This document shows, piece after piece, positions 62,874 to 64,000 of a stretch of DNA of 64,000 nucleotides. The notes beneath the pieces are model-generated. The model was not told the DNA's origin. It did no database searches and worked only from the letters and a program-made list of their open reading frames with translations. The stretch lies in IMG/VR virus record IMGVR_UViG_3300032516_000007, positions 1 to 64,000 of that record; one strand, written 5' to 3'. The stretch's first letter is position 1. Every line of letters begins with the position of its first letter. Made by a program: the position numbers and the translations under genes. Source of the DNA: a virus.

Positions 62874-63865
62874 TCACCACAACTTCAGTTGGAGAGAAGT
62901 TTCAGAAGCCAATCCGAAGATTTGGCAGGTACGTTGCTCTGACTCCAAGTCATCTACATCGGAAGTTGAAGAATGGCCACTACTCAATCATCTCTGCTGG
63001 TGCGAATAGATCTGATCCCAAAGAGAAAGATTTGCCCTGGGATCATCCCATGTTCAAGGAGCGACACGAGAAGCTGAGGCAAGATTTGATCCATCATGGG
63101 CTTGATCACACAGAAGGGATGGGTCACTACGAGGGGAAAGAGCATTCGTTTGTTGTGTACCATGGTCCAGGTGGGAGGACTCCACCGGATGTTTCTGGAA
63201 CCAAATCCTTTATGGTGCATCACGAACATCCCAGTGAGCATGCAACAGTCAGGGACCTTGGGAAAAAGTACAATCAGCAGAGTGTGATTCATTCCTTGGG
63301 TGGTAAGCATGAACTTCATTTTGTGACAGGTGATCATGCAGGGACTCACCACAAGGGAGTGGGCCACGAGATCAAGCCCCATGCCGAAGACTACTATACT
63401 GAGATCAAACACAAGGAACCTCGCTCAACTAAGTTCTCTCTGAACTTAAATTGGGGTACCCATCATCCAGAGCATGAGGCAGTGCTGAAGGCTATGGTTC
63501 CAGAATCAGGAGAGGAAGGGGATGGGGAAGAAGAAGGGAGTTCTCACATCCACCACGTGACTGCTGATCCTCCCGATCAGTTCCCTCATGAGATAGAGTT
63601 TAACCGATGGTTGCACTCTCATCCAATCCATGAGAGTGATCATGAGTGGAATTCAGTCAAGACAATGGGGGGCTTCAAAGATCTCCACATCCCAAGTCCC
63701 GAAGGGGAAGATGATGAGCAATCGTCTGCCGAGTCTGATCGTGCTGGATTCCAAGGTGGTGAACCTGATCAAGGGTCTGATGGGGAGCCCGAGTCCGCAG
63801 AGCCTGAGGACTACTCCTACCTCGACTCTTACCAGCATGGAGATCGAAAGCCTGCTGAAAAGTGA
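62870..63865 (+). CDS. SAM lyase (T3 SAMase-like) domain protein with acidic tail
   Basis: SIISA, RH..L..DL, GHY...EHSF, LGKKYNQQSVI. Confidence 0.55.
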   Translation: MITTTSVGEKFQKPIRRFGRYVALTPSHLHRKLKNGHYSIISAGANRSDPKEKDLPWDHPMFKERHEKLRQDLIHHGLDHTEGMGHYEGKEHSFVVYHGPGGRTPPDVSGTKSFMVHHEHPSEHATVRDLGKKYNQQSVIHSLGGKHELHFVTGDHAGTHHKGVGHEIKPHAEDYYTEIKHKEPRSTKFSLNLNWGTHHPEHEAVLKAMVPESGEEGDGEEEGSSHIHHVTADPPDQFPHEIEFNRWLHSHPIHESDHEWNSVKTMGGFKDLHIPSPEGEDDEQSSAESDRAGFQGGEPDQGSDGEPESAEPEDYSYLDSYQHGDRKPAEK

Positions 63866-64000
63866 CCAGCTTGGTTTTGACTACCCCATCCCTGTAGGGG
63901 ATGAGCTGATCAAGGGAAGTCGGCATTCCAAGACTCAACAGCATGCTTGGCAGAAACTTGTTCAAGCTGTGGCCAATATAAAAGGTGCTCCCAATATCGT

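Noticed and set aside
148-63965. Numerous minus-strand and alternate-frame ORFs
   Set aside because: Shadows of + strand genes that tile with RBSs and ATGA overlaps; no recognisable motifs
1-64000. tRNA/rRNA genes and stop-codon recoding
   Set aside because: No cloverleaf or rRNA recognised by eye (tRNAscan not run); conserved genes are full length and end in all three stop codons under the standard code

Overview
A 64 kb segment of a large tailed dsDNA phage genome, with essentially all genes on the + strand. The left part (1-29.7 kb) holds replication, recombination and nucleotide genes: a CobT-like vWA protein, a sigma factor, an H1-like nucleoid protein, family A DNA polymerase, a UvsY-like/SSB/RecA block, SbcD/SbcC, RuvC, NYN, dNK, RNase H and vWA, plus TerL and a TerS-like gene. 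The middle (about 30.9-33.9 kb) is a repeat-rich, mostly non-coding island: (CATA)n, opposed G-quadruplex motifs and 21-bp iteron-like repeats, a candidate origin or packaging site. At 33-42 kb are small accessory genes, including a Bd0055-like bacterial histone. The right part (42.7-64 kb) is a head module with portal and MuF. Most notable: (1) head-module proteins are punctuated by a hydrophobic-x-K-[A/S/G] motif that falls at domain boundaries, suggesting protease-processed capsid cargo polyproteins carrying a sigma factor, topoisomerase IB, pyrophosphatase, ADP-ribosyltransferase and GNATs, with a SAM-lyase-like enzyme alongside; (2) a strongly over-represented window-wide palindrome TGRTTCTAGAAYCA; (3) a phage histone; (4) a shared terminal RTPV peptide on DNA-transaction proteins. 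All calls come from reading motifs by eye and counts are manual; no database searches were run.
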